Shown here in pieces: positions 38,060-51,920 of a stretch of 64,000 bases of DNA. The notes beneath the pieces were generated by a model that was not told the origin of the DNA, ran no database searches, and worked only from the letters and a program-made list of their open reading frames with translations. How positions within the stretch are numbered: the stretch's first letter is position 1; each line of letters starts with the position of its first letter. This stretch comes from Dicyema japonicum (taxonomy: Eukaryota > Animalia > Dicyemida). Position numbers and translations under genes: made by a program. The DNA is taken from contig RDEW01000084.1 in assembly GCA_011109175.1 (NCBI GenBank), positions 24,862-88,861 of the forward strand, written 5' to 3'.

Positions 38060-40870
38060 AGGATCCAAGGACAATAAACAAATATTCCGTTAGTTATCGG
38101 TGCTGTTATGTGCGGACATCCAACGATATTGAATATATGTATGCTGTCTCCAGGAAACTAAAGTCCCAATGGCCTGGATGTAAAAATGAACGGGTATTGA
38201 CTGCTCTTTTGCCATCAGACTGCTGATATTATGAGATGGGTACGCTATATGCGTGGACGCAGCTGTTGTGGCTCATAGAGCATGGAGTATCAACGACAGG
38301 ATTGCCATCCTCCAATTATGCCTTGGAAACAACCGTAATACTACTCTATCGATTATCAATGTATATGCACCACCACAGTGAGGGTATCCGCCAACGCAGA
38401 GGAACTTGACAATTTCTACTCGTCCTTATCATCGGCTTACTCATCCCTGTCAAGCTCCACATGCTTTATAACGGGAGACTGGAATTCAAAAGTGGGGAAA
38501 AAGCAGGACGAATCAAATTGTTCGGGCAGCCACGCTCGAGGGATCAGAAATCTGTCTGGGGAAGCACTCATACACTTCTGTGAGTCATTCGGTCTGTTTC
38601 TCTGTAACACGGCATTCCGACATGCACTCGACATATTACGACGTGGACGAGGCAGAGGAGAGATTCCTGTAGAAATCGAGTCCATATATTTAACCAAATC
38701 GACTACATACTATGCAGGCAAACACAGAGGGGCTACTCGAACGTACAGTGGCATGATGACTTCGAGTGATCACAGACTAATAGCAGCACTTCTCATTCTA
38801 AAGCGATGCTTTGGAATCTCTGGAGCACTGGCAGTACGCGGAGCAGGACCTTGCCGTGAGGCTCTATGTGCTTACGACAATACCCGTAAAAGTACGGCGT
38901 GAAAATATCGAAACTGTTGGAAAATGTCGACAAGAATGTCACCGGGCAGCTATAAATATTTCTATCATAATCAGGCAGGCTGCTGTGATGGTAGTGGGAA
39001 ATAGCCTAAGGAGGTTCAAGTGAACTCTTGACAAAGAAATATAAGAACTGTCAAAATTCCAAAGGAAACTCTTAATCGAATCGTCAGCTTGACAAGCCAA
39101 ACTGACTATCTTGAAATAGAACTTAACAGAATCAAATACAAAATCAAGAGAGGAGTGAGGGAACTAGTCCAATATACAGTGGATTACTTGGCAAAAGACC
39201 CTAACGGTACAAACATGGTGCAAAAATGTTTGCTGCTGTTAAACAATTATTACTCAATACCAGACCGGAAAGAATCCAATTCTTGATAATACAGGAAAAG
39301 TATTAATAAACAGCCAGGAATCATCAAACAAAATTGCTGTTTTCTACAAAAAACGACTAAATCTCAATGAACACATGGAACTGTTCGAAGGAATTCCCAG
39401 AGACTTGAATCAAAGCATCAGGCATTACGAAGTCGTTTCAGCCTTGGGTAACTCAAAATGGCAGAGCCTTGGACCGACGGACGTGAATGCAGAATTATTG
39501 AAATACGCGCCAGGCTGAGTTAATCTGTACAGTCCTGAACAGGAACGTTCAAATGTCACAGTCTATTTGATGCGGGGAATGGAACCTTGATCCCAATTCA
39601 GAAACCTGGAAAGGAAAGAGGATCTAAACAGCCTACGCCCGATTACAATAATGAATACGATAAGGAAAATACTCTCCCTTGTTGTGATGGATCGTATTTC
39701 AATCCCTGTAAATGAGTTCCTGAACCAAGGTCAAAGTGGATTCAGACCTGGAAGGTCGACGGCAGACGTTGTATGGAGCCACAAGTGGATGTGTGCAATG
39801 TGCCAGAAACACAAGAAGAAATCTCAATCCTTAGAATTGACTTATCCGTGCCTTCGACACTATCAACCGCAATAAGCTAATGCACGTAATGGAGAGTATT
39901 CTAGACGAGGATGCATCACGTAGGATCATATTTTTATTCTCCAACATATCGCTATCAGTGCGCGTGGGGAATTACAACTCAACAAGAGTCAAAACCAAAA
40001 CTTGCACATTTCAGGGCGACTTGTTATCCCCGTCCTATTCATAATTTACCTGGAGGCTGCCCTAAGACCTCTTCGGAAAAAGAATTGTTTCTTTAACGTG
40101 ATGGAAGATAATTTTCGTCTGCCGGGATAAAGATACGCTGGAAACTATACTAAAAGAGATCCCTCAAGGCTTGGAGGGACTGGTCCCTGGTAATAAACCC
40201 GGACAAAACGGAAAGAACTACCATATCCCGCCTGGGGACGAGAAACGAGGAGAAGTGGAGAACATGCAAGAAAGTTGGATCTCTCCTTGGGGACTCGGAG
40301 GACGTTATCCGAAGGAAAGTGCTGGCTGTTGCCTCCTTCAAAAAAATGTGGACGATCTGGATGAGGCGAAAGTACATAGGAACCCGTCTTCGAATTCGAC
40401 TGTACAACTCATTTGTCGAACCAATCTTGCTCTACAACGCGGGACCTGGGGCCTAACCGCCAAAGAACTAGAGCAGCTCAATTCCTTCCACAGAAAACAA
40501 CTGCGACTACTCCTGGGAGTTTACTGGCCAAACAGATAACCAACGACGAGCTATATAGAATTACTCAAACAATAAAGATTGGGAATAAAGCTATTTCTGC
40601 GAAGTGTCAGCTCTTTGGACATATCCTAGGAACTTCGGAAATGGCACCGGCCAATCAGGCCATGAAATCATACTTTTTTGTAAACAAAACAACGTATCGA
40701 GATCGACAAAGAACAACTTTGCCGTCGACGCTCGATAATGAACTCATTTGCATAGGAAGAAAACTGAAAACAGGAGAGGATCTGGATGATTTGAGGGCGG
40801 ATGCGAGAACAGGGGAGGATGGAAACGACTCACAGCGCGTGTCCAGAGATGCATGGCAAAAGTGGAATCT
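38060..40870 (+). mobile_element. Near full-length RTE-clade LINE (APE plus RT), many frameshifts
   Basis: INVYAP, ITGDWNSKVG, LFLCNTAF, SDHRL, RPITIMN, QSGFRPGRST, QGDLLSPVLF and QLFGHILG. Confidence 0.9.
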
Positions 40871-41799
40871 CAAATTAGATAACTTTTCTAGTTCCACGGA
40901 CATTGCTATTAATAATTATAATATCGTTGTTGTTAGTTTTAAAGTACTGAAAATCAAAATTGTAGATCAAACATACTCTAAGAAAACGATAACAACTCAA
41001 TCAGCACTAAAGTACTACTTATTTGACTATGAGCTTTATTATAATGAACATGTTCAATCAGGTCGTAGTTTCAGGATATTCTGCAAATACTGCTAATATA
41101 AAATATAATTACTCTGTCCATGGCTACGCTGGAAATGGTCTCTAAGAAAATTAAACCTTTTGTTACTTGGTGATGACTTCCTTCCCTCTCTTACGTTGAT
41201 TTATTATATTTTCACCCCCAATTGAATATCCACACATTGAAAGCACCCACCAGCCCCAATAGATTTACGTAAGAAACAAATCGAAACGGACACTTCACAT
41301 TAGTTAGTTACTGTCAATGATGTATGACCGACATTCATCCCGTAGCCACTACCAAGCAAACTATTTGGTAGTTGCTTGGTAAGGGAAATAAGTCGGATCT
41401 GTTGCTACAAATGTAGGCAGTTTGTGATCCACATGAAAACTACTGTACAGGATTGGACAATCGTCCTCGCCACTATGCCCACCATGCTTTCTTAACGACC
41501 AGGGATATCTCTTCACTTGTCCGGATCCACTTACTAGTTTTCTTCAGATTCAAATATACACGTAGGATTTTTCGGAGCGTCCGCTCTTGGCTGTAAAGTT
41601 TTGTTAGCCACCGGTTTCTTTCACTTGAAAGGACTGGGAACAGCAGTGAGATACTTGATGGCCTACGTCCAAGACATACAAATGACCTTATTTATGTAAA
41701 TATTGTCGATGTTGGAAACACTCTAATGGACTCAATAAAAGCTCGAGATTTTGACTTTTCACTTGAACTCTTGTTCACTTCCAGGCTGATTACTTTCAG

Positions 41800-42210
41800 G
41801 AAGCATGGCAGGACCATCGCTATTGGGAATATCCTGAGGCGCATGACAACTAAAATTGCTGCTAGAGTCCACTTTGACCACTGATCTTTGCCCGGGAATC
41901 GATACCACTGCCTCGTTAATTAGAGCTCAAATAAATGTATGGTACGTCGACGATGCCACAATTTGAGGGGATTGGAAAACAATGGCGGCAGAGGTTAAGT
42001 CCACCATTTCTGATCTTGCATGCTACGGACTATACCAAATCCTTCAAAATGCAAAATTATCAATGTGTGCACTGACAAATAATTCTCTTAAATTCTCGAT
42101 ACAGTTTCTGTTTTCCTCCGGGAGATATCAGTTACAAAGAGAGAAGATGTTATTTTCCTATGATCCCCTCTATTGCCATAGAAAAGTCCATCCTATATGA
42201 AAAAAAAGTC
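41800..42210 (+). mobile_element. CRE RT remnant
   Basis: IAIGNILRRM and NVWYVDDA. Confidence 0.45.
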
Positions 42211-45200
42211 TGCAAGAACTTTTCTCCACAACCTAATGATGATTAAATCTCATGCATAACTTTTTCTCCACAACCTAATGATGATTACGTATCTATTGGA
42301 AAGGATTGATAAGGACTTCAAATTAGAAGGTACTAAATATTTCCCTCGATGACTGGGTGGTTGCAATGTAAGCTTTCACATCAAATTCATAAAAGTAACT
42401 CGTGCATGCAGGAATTGCGTCGGATCTCGGGGCGAGCACAGAGTAAAGGTGAAATGGCTTCCTAAGGAGGCCTGGATTACCTAACAGTAACGTGTTCCCT
42501 CCTATTTTTGGTTTTAAATAAATTATGATATAACCTTACGATATAAATAATCCTGCCATAATTTATATTCAGCCGCGTGATTCAATGTTTTCCCTTTCAA
42601 ATATATTTTTCCAGATCTTCAAACTATTCCTTTCCCTTAACCCTAACCTCAAGAGTCTGATTCAGCTTTTCTTCACTCTCCACTCTTATCCTCACCTCAC
42701 CAACCATTGTATCGGTAAGTTTTCCAATCAGAGTTAATTTCTTACATCATCCCTGTCAACTTTCGTCAGAGACTTTTCTTCGGCTTATTTAATGTTGAAG
42801 ACGACCGTAAAAAGATGGCGGCACAATCTAAGAATTCTTCCAGTCCCTAAATCTATCACGTATCCCTTTGTCTCAGAAAATGGTGAATCGTTTGTATATG
42901 CGAAACCGTGCGAAAACGACTTTAATCAGCTCAGACACTCCTACGTCGATTTATATATACTTTCTCCTTAATTTCAAATATAAAGTGATCACTTTCCGAG
43001 TATGTGATATTTATTAGCTCCGATTTCTTTATATTTATCTCAAGTCCGAGGTTTCGTAGTGCCGGCACGGCATGCGACAGAACGTCGTGTACTTTTCTCC
43101 ACGACCCTCCAATTGTGGCGTCATGGAGATACCAAAGGTTTACCTATTTTTAAATAATACAGTATTTACGTTTATTTTAATGGAGATGCTGGTTATCCGA
43201 GGGACAAAAAACACTCGTTTTTTAAACTAACTATTAGCTGGAGATGTATATTATTATTTATTAATGTGTAGATTTTTAAAATTAGACAATTTAGTTGTAT
43301 TTTGTAAGTGACGATTTATCAGACTGTGACATAGTATTAACAAAAATTATTAAAAAAAACGAAATCAATTATTTCCTAAATTTTTATCAAAATCCGAGAT
43401 CTCCCTTCGAACTTTATTAAAGAAATATTGTCCCACGGCCTCTGGAATCCAATCCTGGTAGTAAAACTCTGAGTGCCTTTCATTTTCCACATTCCTCTCA
43501 GAACCAGAGACAACCTACAACACCCTTATCCGCACCTCAAAATCATTAGACTGCGAGGACAGCCACTTGAACATAAATATGACTGGATTCTCAGAAAATT
43601 GGTTGAAAACTCATAACTGATTCTCTAAATGCCGATCTCCTCTATCAGATTGTGGATCTATGATTCAGACCACGTGATACAGTGTCATCATATTCTCCAA
43701 CTGTCTTTGAAGGTCCCGAGTCATCAAGAAAGTATTTGTTGTCTCGACGTCCTCGCAGTTCTAGAATAATCAACCTCACTAACAAATTTAACGAGAATAT
43801 CGAAATACGAGCGATTCACAAGAGTTCGTAGATCAGTCATACAAAATCCACCAAAATCCTATATTATTACAATGTTGAGGACAAATGGGTCCGCTGGAGT
43901 CAGTGATTTCTAAATATCGCTGGAAAGATCGTTAAACGGCATTCATTTGACTCCAAAGACCTATAAGAGTCAAAGGAGTAAACATTGCGAAATTTATCAT
44001 CAGAGAAGATGTGGTATCGGTCTGAATGATCCTGAAGTTTGTTGGTTTTTATTAATGCCACAGCGCTGCAATTATCACTGTGCGTGTGCTGGAAGAAGAA
44101 ATTCCAATTAGGTAGGCGGTCCTTATTTGAAGTTTGAATTTAGGCGGCTAAAAAATTAGTTTGAGGTGGTAACCTAGTTGTAGTGAGAAATTTAGATTTT
44201 ACAGGCTACATCACAGTTTCCTGGCCGACTAATCTGAAATCCTTCAGTTTCTTCACAATTTTGAACTCTGTTCCATTCAAAGAGGTGGTTTTCTGGACCA
44301 TATTGCTCTCGGTCTAGCTCCACGACCAAACTCTTTATAAAAGTCGACATTTTTAGTTTATTTGGAACCTCTTGGGTTATATTTTTGACCTAGAACTTTA
44401 ATTCGTAAAAGAAAACGTCCACTAGCTGACCTTCAATCTTCAAAACCCAGCTGGGTAGAAACTACCCCATACTCTCTCGAATTCATCGCGGCGTGAAAAT
44501 TGAGGTCAAAAATACTCGCAAAGTGGAATTTTTCCAAATAAAATTACAAATTACTGTATTAGTCCTCTTTACGGCTTCGCTTATTTCGAGTTTTTTCCGT
44601 TTTATAAGCCTTTCCAATTTCCTCTCCAATTGAAGAGATTTGTAGAACGAATCTCTGCATTCCATCATCTCCATTATATACTGCGGAGAATATTTTCGTT
44701 TAGACGATTTTGATGCCTGTTTATGAAAATTAGCTCTGTTACTTTTTAGAGTACATGAGACAAAACAAAATTTTTATTTAAAATATTTATTCACTAATTT
44801 ATTTTTAAATTTAATTTTGAATATTTAACTTTTTCAAACTATTTGGTTTCCTGTAGGTTTGGATAGATTTTAGTTAGGATGTCATCTTATAATTATTCTC
44901 CCGCTTCCCTTTCCTCTGTATCTTTCTCGATCGATTAGCGTGACGTCATGTGATCCTTTTCTTGGGAGGTGATCAATGGCGAGTTGTCATTGTAAAGATC
45001 ATTTGTTCTTCTTCCTCCACTCATCATTTCTTGTGGGAGTTCACACAGCTGTGTTTTTGGATGAACTTATGCTTGCCTGGAATGACCAGCATTTCTGCGA
45101 TTGTGAGAACTTGATACACTTGATTTGTTTTAACTTTAATCTCTATGCATCATAGGTAATGAAAACTGCACTTTAAGTAGGACTTTGATATTCTAAAGTT

Positions 45201-45499
45201 TATGAATCTCATGTTGGCGGTTCATCTAAAAACTGAGGATGAGGTTTTCGAGTCTTGAGGTGGCACATGGATAATTACTAACGCTATTAATTCTGAATTT
45301 TGCATTTACTTCCACGTGGGATACAATTTTTTAATTGATCGTATTTCAATCGAATATCCACTTATATTTATTATTCGCGAAGTTGATGTTGAAAGAAGAA
45401 ACTTTTATTTTACCCATTTACGCTGGAAAAGTATAAGCAGTTGTACTAAAATCATTTTTATGCTACGTGCATCTCACATTTGCTACAGAATTGTGGTTT

Positions 45500-45965
45500 C
45501 CGGATTAAATTTCATTATCCTGAGCTCCCTTGTGCACTATTCCGAATCATCCTCTCCGTCAGCCTCGACCATGGTCCTCTGTTGCGCGCTAGTTCTCTTA
45601 GGTCGTCCGTCGAAGTTAGTCTCATACCAACCGCCGCTAGGTCTTCATTCAAATTTGTCGGAAGTGTCGATCTTTTACTTGCATGGAATTTGGTTCCGGT
45701 GTGTGCGAAGTAGTTGCCCATTGCGACATTTGCGGGGACTTGGTCATTTAGACGTAACACGTGGCCAAAGCGATTCCATCTTGATTTGAAGATATCATCT
45801 GACAGCACGCCGGATTTGCATTTAGTATAAAGGTTAGTATTAGATATCTTCATTGGCCAGTAGATCTTGATTACCGATTTGAGCTGAGCTCTGTGGAAAG
45901 AGTCAAGAAGGTCCATTTCCCTTTTAGGGATTCCCCAAGTTCTTGAGTTGTAGGTTAACCCTCAT
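45500..45965 (-). mobile_element. RTE 3' fragment
   Basis: LDSFHRAQL..WPMKISN..RWNRFGHVLRL..TTDDLREL. Confidence 0.8.
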
Positions 45966-46064
45966 TAATCCAAACATAAAAATTGGATGCCTTTCGGGTT
46001 GTGAAAAGAATAAATATACTTATTTCATTGTCAAATTTTTTCTATGAAATTTAATGACAATTAA

Positions 46065-46490
46065 AAATATTTAACGCAAAATCTAACAGTTAACAACTGC
46101 TGGCTGCTCTCATAATTAAACGAATTTCCTTGCCAATCGTCAGGGGAATTGCGCTTAATGATCCAGCTCTTTTCTCTCCTATCATTTTTTCATGAGGGAG
46201 ATGATTCTGTTTAGTATGACCTGTTTCCTATGATTCCTGACGTTTCCACCGTGACTTGTTCAAAAATGAACTGTCAACCAAGAAATACGTATTCTTTAAC
46301 TTTAGGGTTTCAACCTTCTCCGAAGCAGAGCCTGGGTTAGTTGCTGTCATAAAAAGGTTGGAGGGAGAGAGGCTATCGACACAGATAGCGTCCCAGGCAA
46401 GGTATTTACTATTTTCCATGGGAAGAGAGTAGTTCCGCCCGGTCTCAGTTGGCTTGACCAAGTCCAAGCGGCTCCAACTGGACATAATTG
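46065..46490 (-). mobile_element. CRE RLE domain and 3' end (subfamily B)
   Basis: KYLAWDAICVDSLSPS; 3' end shared with the 30380-31015 copy. Confidence 0.8.
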
Positions 46491-46619
46491 ATTTTTTAAT
46501 TTATTGATTTTTTATAGAAAGATCGAAAGTATTAATGTAAAGTAAAAATAGATTTAAATTTATTTAATAATTTTTATATGGCTAACATAAATTAAAAAGC
46601 GTGAAATAAATTTCTTCAT

Positions 46620-46920
46620 GATGAGTTCAGTCCTGGAAACCTATAGAAAATCTGAATTGGTTTTGAAAGAAAGCTGTTCCCATACGATTGAAGTCAGTGA
46701 TTGCTCCATCACTGAAGTTGATATTATTGGATGTTTTGGATCTCCTCGAAAATTATGAAAAAAATCCAATGATTCCATCCTTCGAAGAAATAGGAAAAAT
46801 ATTGAATGTGATTAATGAACTGTTTCCAAATTTGTGGAACTTGATCTCTCAGATAATCTTACACTTTCCAACTTCATTTCTTGTTGAAAGAGGATATCAC
46901 AAAGGATAGAAATTTCCTTC
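46620..46920 (+). mobile_element. hAT (Buster/Charlie-like) transposase C-terminal remnant
   Basis: FPNLW..HFPTSFLVERG. Confidence 0.5.
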
Positions 46921-47129
46921 CCGTAAATGTAAAATATTATCTAGCTTTGTGTGTAAAAAATAAAAAACTAAACCAACTTTTCAATTTTAGGTCAACTTTT
47001 TGCAATTATTTGGTCAACAATTACAATTTTGGGGAAATTTAATTGACTTTTTGTCAATTTTATTTTGTTTTAAGGGCAACTTTTCAGCTGATTACAGAGT
47101 CGGTCAAAAATATCCCTGTTGTTCTGAAT

Positions 47130-47640
47130 TACAACCGAGAGAATCACCAAACTTCTGTGGTTGCCCTCAACCTATGGTATTTGGATGATGCGGTCTCCCC
47201 CAGATACTGTTTTCCAGGATTTGTAGGTGGTAATTTTAGCACTGTCTGAAGCTGGACTTTATTTAAATTACATTAAATGCGAAATTAACAATTTTGGACT
47301 TTTAGAAAAGAAGTATTCAAAAGATTTGTCATCTATCGACTGTTTTGGTAGACACATTATTGTAGGAAGAGTGCAAACAAATATCCCAGACACATAGCAC
47401 GCGTTAGGTGTTCTCGTATGGACATCGGGGTCATTCGAAAAGACCAGGTTCTCGAGGACGCTTACAATGTGCTCCTCCCGGTTATCGGATGGTTAGCCAG
47501 AATAGATGCTTTCCACTTAGGTCGCAGCATTTCACTACGTTTTTCCAATTCAGAGATGGGAGATATTTGCGGGTTGTAGGCAGGGGACAGAATCCAAGAG
47601 GAGTTATATATAAGTTATCCAAAATTGAGAAGAGTCGCAA
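47130..47640 (+). mobile_element. CRE RT remnant
   Basis: LNLWYLDDA and downstream CRE-like fragments. Confidence 0.45.
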
Positions 47641-47716
47641 TTTGATTATTATCAGTAATAGAGTACTGCTTCAAAAGCTCTGAAATCCAATAACTAACGT
47701 CCGTGAAGGATAGGCG

Positions 47717-48000
47717 TTAATGGTAAATAAACGGCATCTGGTGGTCCCTGTGAATCACACTGTCGCCGGTGAAATTAGGTGTCAGTACGATGGAAGAAGG
47801 CTTAGACTTTTTGATAAGTGCAAGATTAACGTGTTTTTTGTGCGAGAAGAGTCTAAGTTCGAGAATTTTCCTTCTGATTTCATTAACATTTAGTTGTAGG
47901 ACCAGGTCACCACGAGGACCAGGTTTGGATTCGATGTCTCTACATATCATAAGTAGAATAATCATCATAAGTAACGAACAACGATGAATGGGAAAATGGT
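47717..48000 (-). mobile_element. LINE APE endonuclease N-terminus preceded by a 2A-like peptide
   Basis: LLMICRDIESKPGP then LVLQLNVNEIRRKILEL..VIHRDH. Confidence 0.7.
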
Positions 48001-48835
48001 TCTCCCTTTTAATGTTCGGTTCATGTTGATGCAACTTTGTTTTATGTGAATCACTCTTTCTATATTAAATTTTCAAACATCTTGGGGACATTTTCCCCAG
48101 TCTCCATTGGCCTGTATCTACAAGTCTCGTCTAGCTTCTGTGAATATGCAACTGATGGCTATATCTGCATAATGGTCACTGAATTTATTCTATAAATTCA
48201 CATTGACCTATTTATACTCATTGATCACCACCAATTTAGCATCAACTTAATATTGATTGCATGAGTAATAGGGATGTCAAAATGAGATAACCTAAGCACT
48301 TGGATGGGGGTTAACAAGATAAGAAGGAAGCCAAATGAATATTGGCAATATAGCATAAACGGTATTGTGTCTTTGTTGAGGATTCAATAAGGCCAAAGTT
48401 GTCCTAGAGATTTCACTGTCGGGAATCGAAAGAGATAATAAAAAATTCTATTTTTTTAAATGCCAAGAAATTAAATTATGAGACTATGGAGGACACAAAA
48501 CAGCTCTAATATCCTCACTAGAGACATCCGTGACAAACTCATAGTCCTTCCTCTGTTCATATCCAGCGTCAGACAGCTTCCTTGCGATAAATTGCATTCC
48601 ACGGTCGGGGTCATCGAAGAACTGGCTATGGATGAGCTCACCAGTCTAAAGATATCAAAAATCACACATCACCGGAATCCGATCACTGACAACTTGAATA
48701 AGGTTCATATTTCGGCAAACAGTCACTCGACCATCCATTTTCTGGTTATGGCGCAAATTTTCATTATAAGCTTATTATCGTTATGGAATTTTCCAACTAT
48801 GGATGGAATATTCAAAATTATCGTATAGAATAGAC

Positions 48836-49888
48836 CAGGGGTTGGCAACCTTTTAAGCCAAAGAGCCATTTTTTGGTTTTTTTAGTTATAGAGTTATGTC
48901 TGGGTCGTAACTTTCCAAATTTGCATCAGTAAGACAAGATTCCAAATTTGCATAAGTAATTTGAATTTTTGATTTGATCAAATTCATACATGTATTTTTA
49001 TTCGATTTAAAATTTTTGTGCATCGCCAATTGGATATTTTCTTGAAAAATCACCATGCTTCGAATTAAAGTCTCTACAGATTTGATTTTTGTTCTGGTTG
49101 AAATGTTTCGTGGCGAAGGGGACATTTTGGAAAGTGATGTGATCTGATGGCGAAAGTCTCACTCCATTTAGGATAAAAAAGACGTTTTCTATCCGTTTTT
49201 TACTTTGAATTCTTTTTAATAAAAGGCAAGTTTAAATATCTTCCATATTTAACTTTGTATAAACTTGTCATTGTCTTTGTAAAATTTTTTAATTGAATTT
49301 TTGTTACTGGAATTCCTTTCACCAGAATTTATTTTAAAAGATAGTATATGACGCTTCTTAAAACGGCTGAGCCATCCATTTGAGCCTTTGAATTTTTACA
49401 AATTTATTCGAGTCGCAATTGTTCTGGCAATGTTTTTAATTAAATATCCGGAGACCTGAATCAAATCCTTGTCTAGTCTCCATTTTTATTCTAAATGATG
49501 GTCCTTTCACGAACTTTATACATCCTAGATATTTCCAATTCGGACATAGAGTTCCTTGCTAGGCTTAATTTTTTGCTTCAAGGCACAAGAAAGCTTTTTT
49601 GCCATGGTTTAAAAATGGCAGGCTATAATTAGAATATTAAATATAATTTTTATTTAATAAAAATGCCCAATAAGCGGGGTATTTTTATTTATTATTTTAT
49701 TGGTCAGAAATTAAATAAACTATAATAAAATTAACTTTATAAAAAGTGCCCCATATATAGAGGGTGCCCCAAGCCGGGGTTTTATTGGGATGGGGTTGTA
49801 CTGTATTTTTATTGGATGTGTAAGTAATCATTTGCGATAATTGAAAGAACCATATAAAAAACTCTAAGAGCCACGGTTTCCGACCCTG
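48836..49888 (-). mobile_element. Internally deleted hAT (SPIN/Charlie-like) element with both ends
   Basis: TIRs caggggttggcaacc / ggtttccgaccctg; 8-bp TSD gaatagac / gattagac (7 of 8 match); KSK..LTDANLES dimerisation-domain remnant. Confidence 0.8.
49200..49803 (-). mobile_element. pogo/Tigger 5' fragment nested in the hAT element
   Basis: TA-CAGTACAACCCC end at 49803; FKGSNGWLSRFKKRH. Confidence 0.7.
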
Positions 49889-51499
49889 GATTAGACGATT
49901 CGATTATACTTGAAAGTCATAGTCAAAGTGTATTCTCTAAGATGATTTTGATTAAAAAAATCTATTTTCCTCTCCTATCCAACAGGTTTTCATATAAATC
50001 TCGTTCGAGTTTCTAAAGTTTCAAATTTCAACTATAACAGAATTTCTGTCAGCAAAAGTCACTTAAGCTTACAAACATATTATATAAACTGAATAGTCCC
50101 AGGAAAGCTAAGTAATCTCAATTTATTAGATATAATGATCATTTTTATAGAAAATAATTCAATCTTAGAGATAGCACATATCCTCAACACACAAAACGTA
50201 AACTATAACCAATAGCACATCCTCAAAGGCGGATTTACTGTGTAACTAAATTTAATTTATTACACAGGAACCTCAAGAAGAGGATAAGATTAGAATCTGA
50301 TTGAGTGATCTCAGTGTCTATAGCAAGCTTCTTCCTGCGGTTGGTCTCAGAATACTGGATTAATCCCTAAAGAGGAATCCTTCCTTTTATATATTGGACA
50401 GTCTTCCAGATATAATCGAATGTTAGTCTACAATTCCAAGACTGACCGATCTATAGGAGCGACCAGTATTTGCTGCGTCCTACTTAATAGCCGCTGGTCT
50501 TCTACATGTTAGTGAGGCCTGGTTTAAAACTTCATATTTTTTTCTTAAAATCACAAAAACAAAGGTTACATTTAAGTGTGTATTCTAAATTTAATAAAAA
50601 AACGAAAAATTTTTAAAAATGGTCAATCATAAATTATACTCGGAATCATAATCCCTGTCTGGTTTAGACTTGTCTTTTGAATTATTAGATTCTTAGATCA
50701 TCTTGTTGCTATCACAGGGCTCATTCACTATGCAGGAGTCTCCGGGCTTATCTGGTTTTGTCTCCACATCTGGTGAGATGTCATCAGCGATGTCAATAAG
50801 TCGTTTCATTGCCACCTTATAGTATCCCCCATAATCATTCCACTTTATGATCAAATCTTTATGTTCGAGAATGCGAAACATTTCTGAAACATCTATCCCT
50901 CCATTCACTTTCCCTCACATCACAGGATAATTTCTTTGTTCTAGATGGAATTGTGTCTTTGAAGTCGACCATTAGGAAAGGCGTTACTAAGACAGATCAC
51001 TCAGAGATATTCCACTTTCACTTATAGTCCTGATGGCCTAGGACAAGTAAGAAGATCTCGAATATCTCTTCCATCCTGTACTCGTAAGCAGTGATTTAGA
51101 AAAGGTTATCTCAGGAGGTCTGTGGTCAAGTATTCAGTTGTCTTTACGGACCACATGGTGTTGCCCAACAAGATTCATCAACTTTAAAGCAAAAAGTGAC
51201 CAAAATATAATAATAATATAAAAAAGTAGAGAGTACGTTTCTGTTGCAATCTAAATAGGAGTAACACGAGCGAGTTGTAAGAAAGGTCCATTGTTCTACA
51301 CGTTTTTATCGCTCATTATGATGTGACCATACATTTCGTATTCAATCAAACTCAAGAGACGTTGTATATAAATTAAATAACCACTAATATTCACGAATCC
51401 GATAAAACTTTCGGAAGTGGTTACTGATTTCCTATTAACCCCTAATTTCCTATTTAAAAATTTTTACGATCTGCTTGTGTCATCTAACCAACACCGCCG

Positions 51500-51920
51500 T
51501 GCCACTACGACTGGGATTAAAAGTCTGTGTTCCATGTCAGTGCCGACGGGGAGACCAGATCGACTGATTTGGCCCACACCCTCTATCCTGCAGGAAGAGT
51601 GCAGGCAGATTTCTCAGACACATGACCTTAAACGAAATCGCTAGACGAGCTCTGGACGCCACCGACACGTTTGCCCCTTGCAACCTACTCCAGAGTGCCT
51701 CTAGAGCTGTTCTGCTATTGAGAAGACCGAGAGGTTGTAACAGTCCTACCAAATGATTTTTTGTTCATCCACTCTCCGTTAGACGTCTGGTTCCTTGCGC
51801 CTGCAACGCTGGAATTCTTGAGTCGTCTAGGGAATCCGATTTCTACACGATCAGGAGACCCCCGTTGGCGCTGCTAGTTATTTGAGCGAATCTCGCTCGC
51901 CATCCTGACTAGCCACGCAG
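51500..51920 (+). mobile_element. CRE RLE remnant
   Basis: LNEIARRAL and downstream fragments. Confidence 0.45.

Noticed and set aside
43442-43462. Second 2A-like peptide LESNPGS
   Set aside because: Lacks the conserved Asp and final Pro and is not followed by an APE domain
43430-44480. Gypsy LTR retrotransposon pol remnant
   Set aside because: Only a weak RNase H-like stretch (FSTFLSEPETTYNT); no LTR, RT or integrase core recognised
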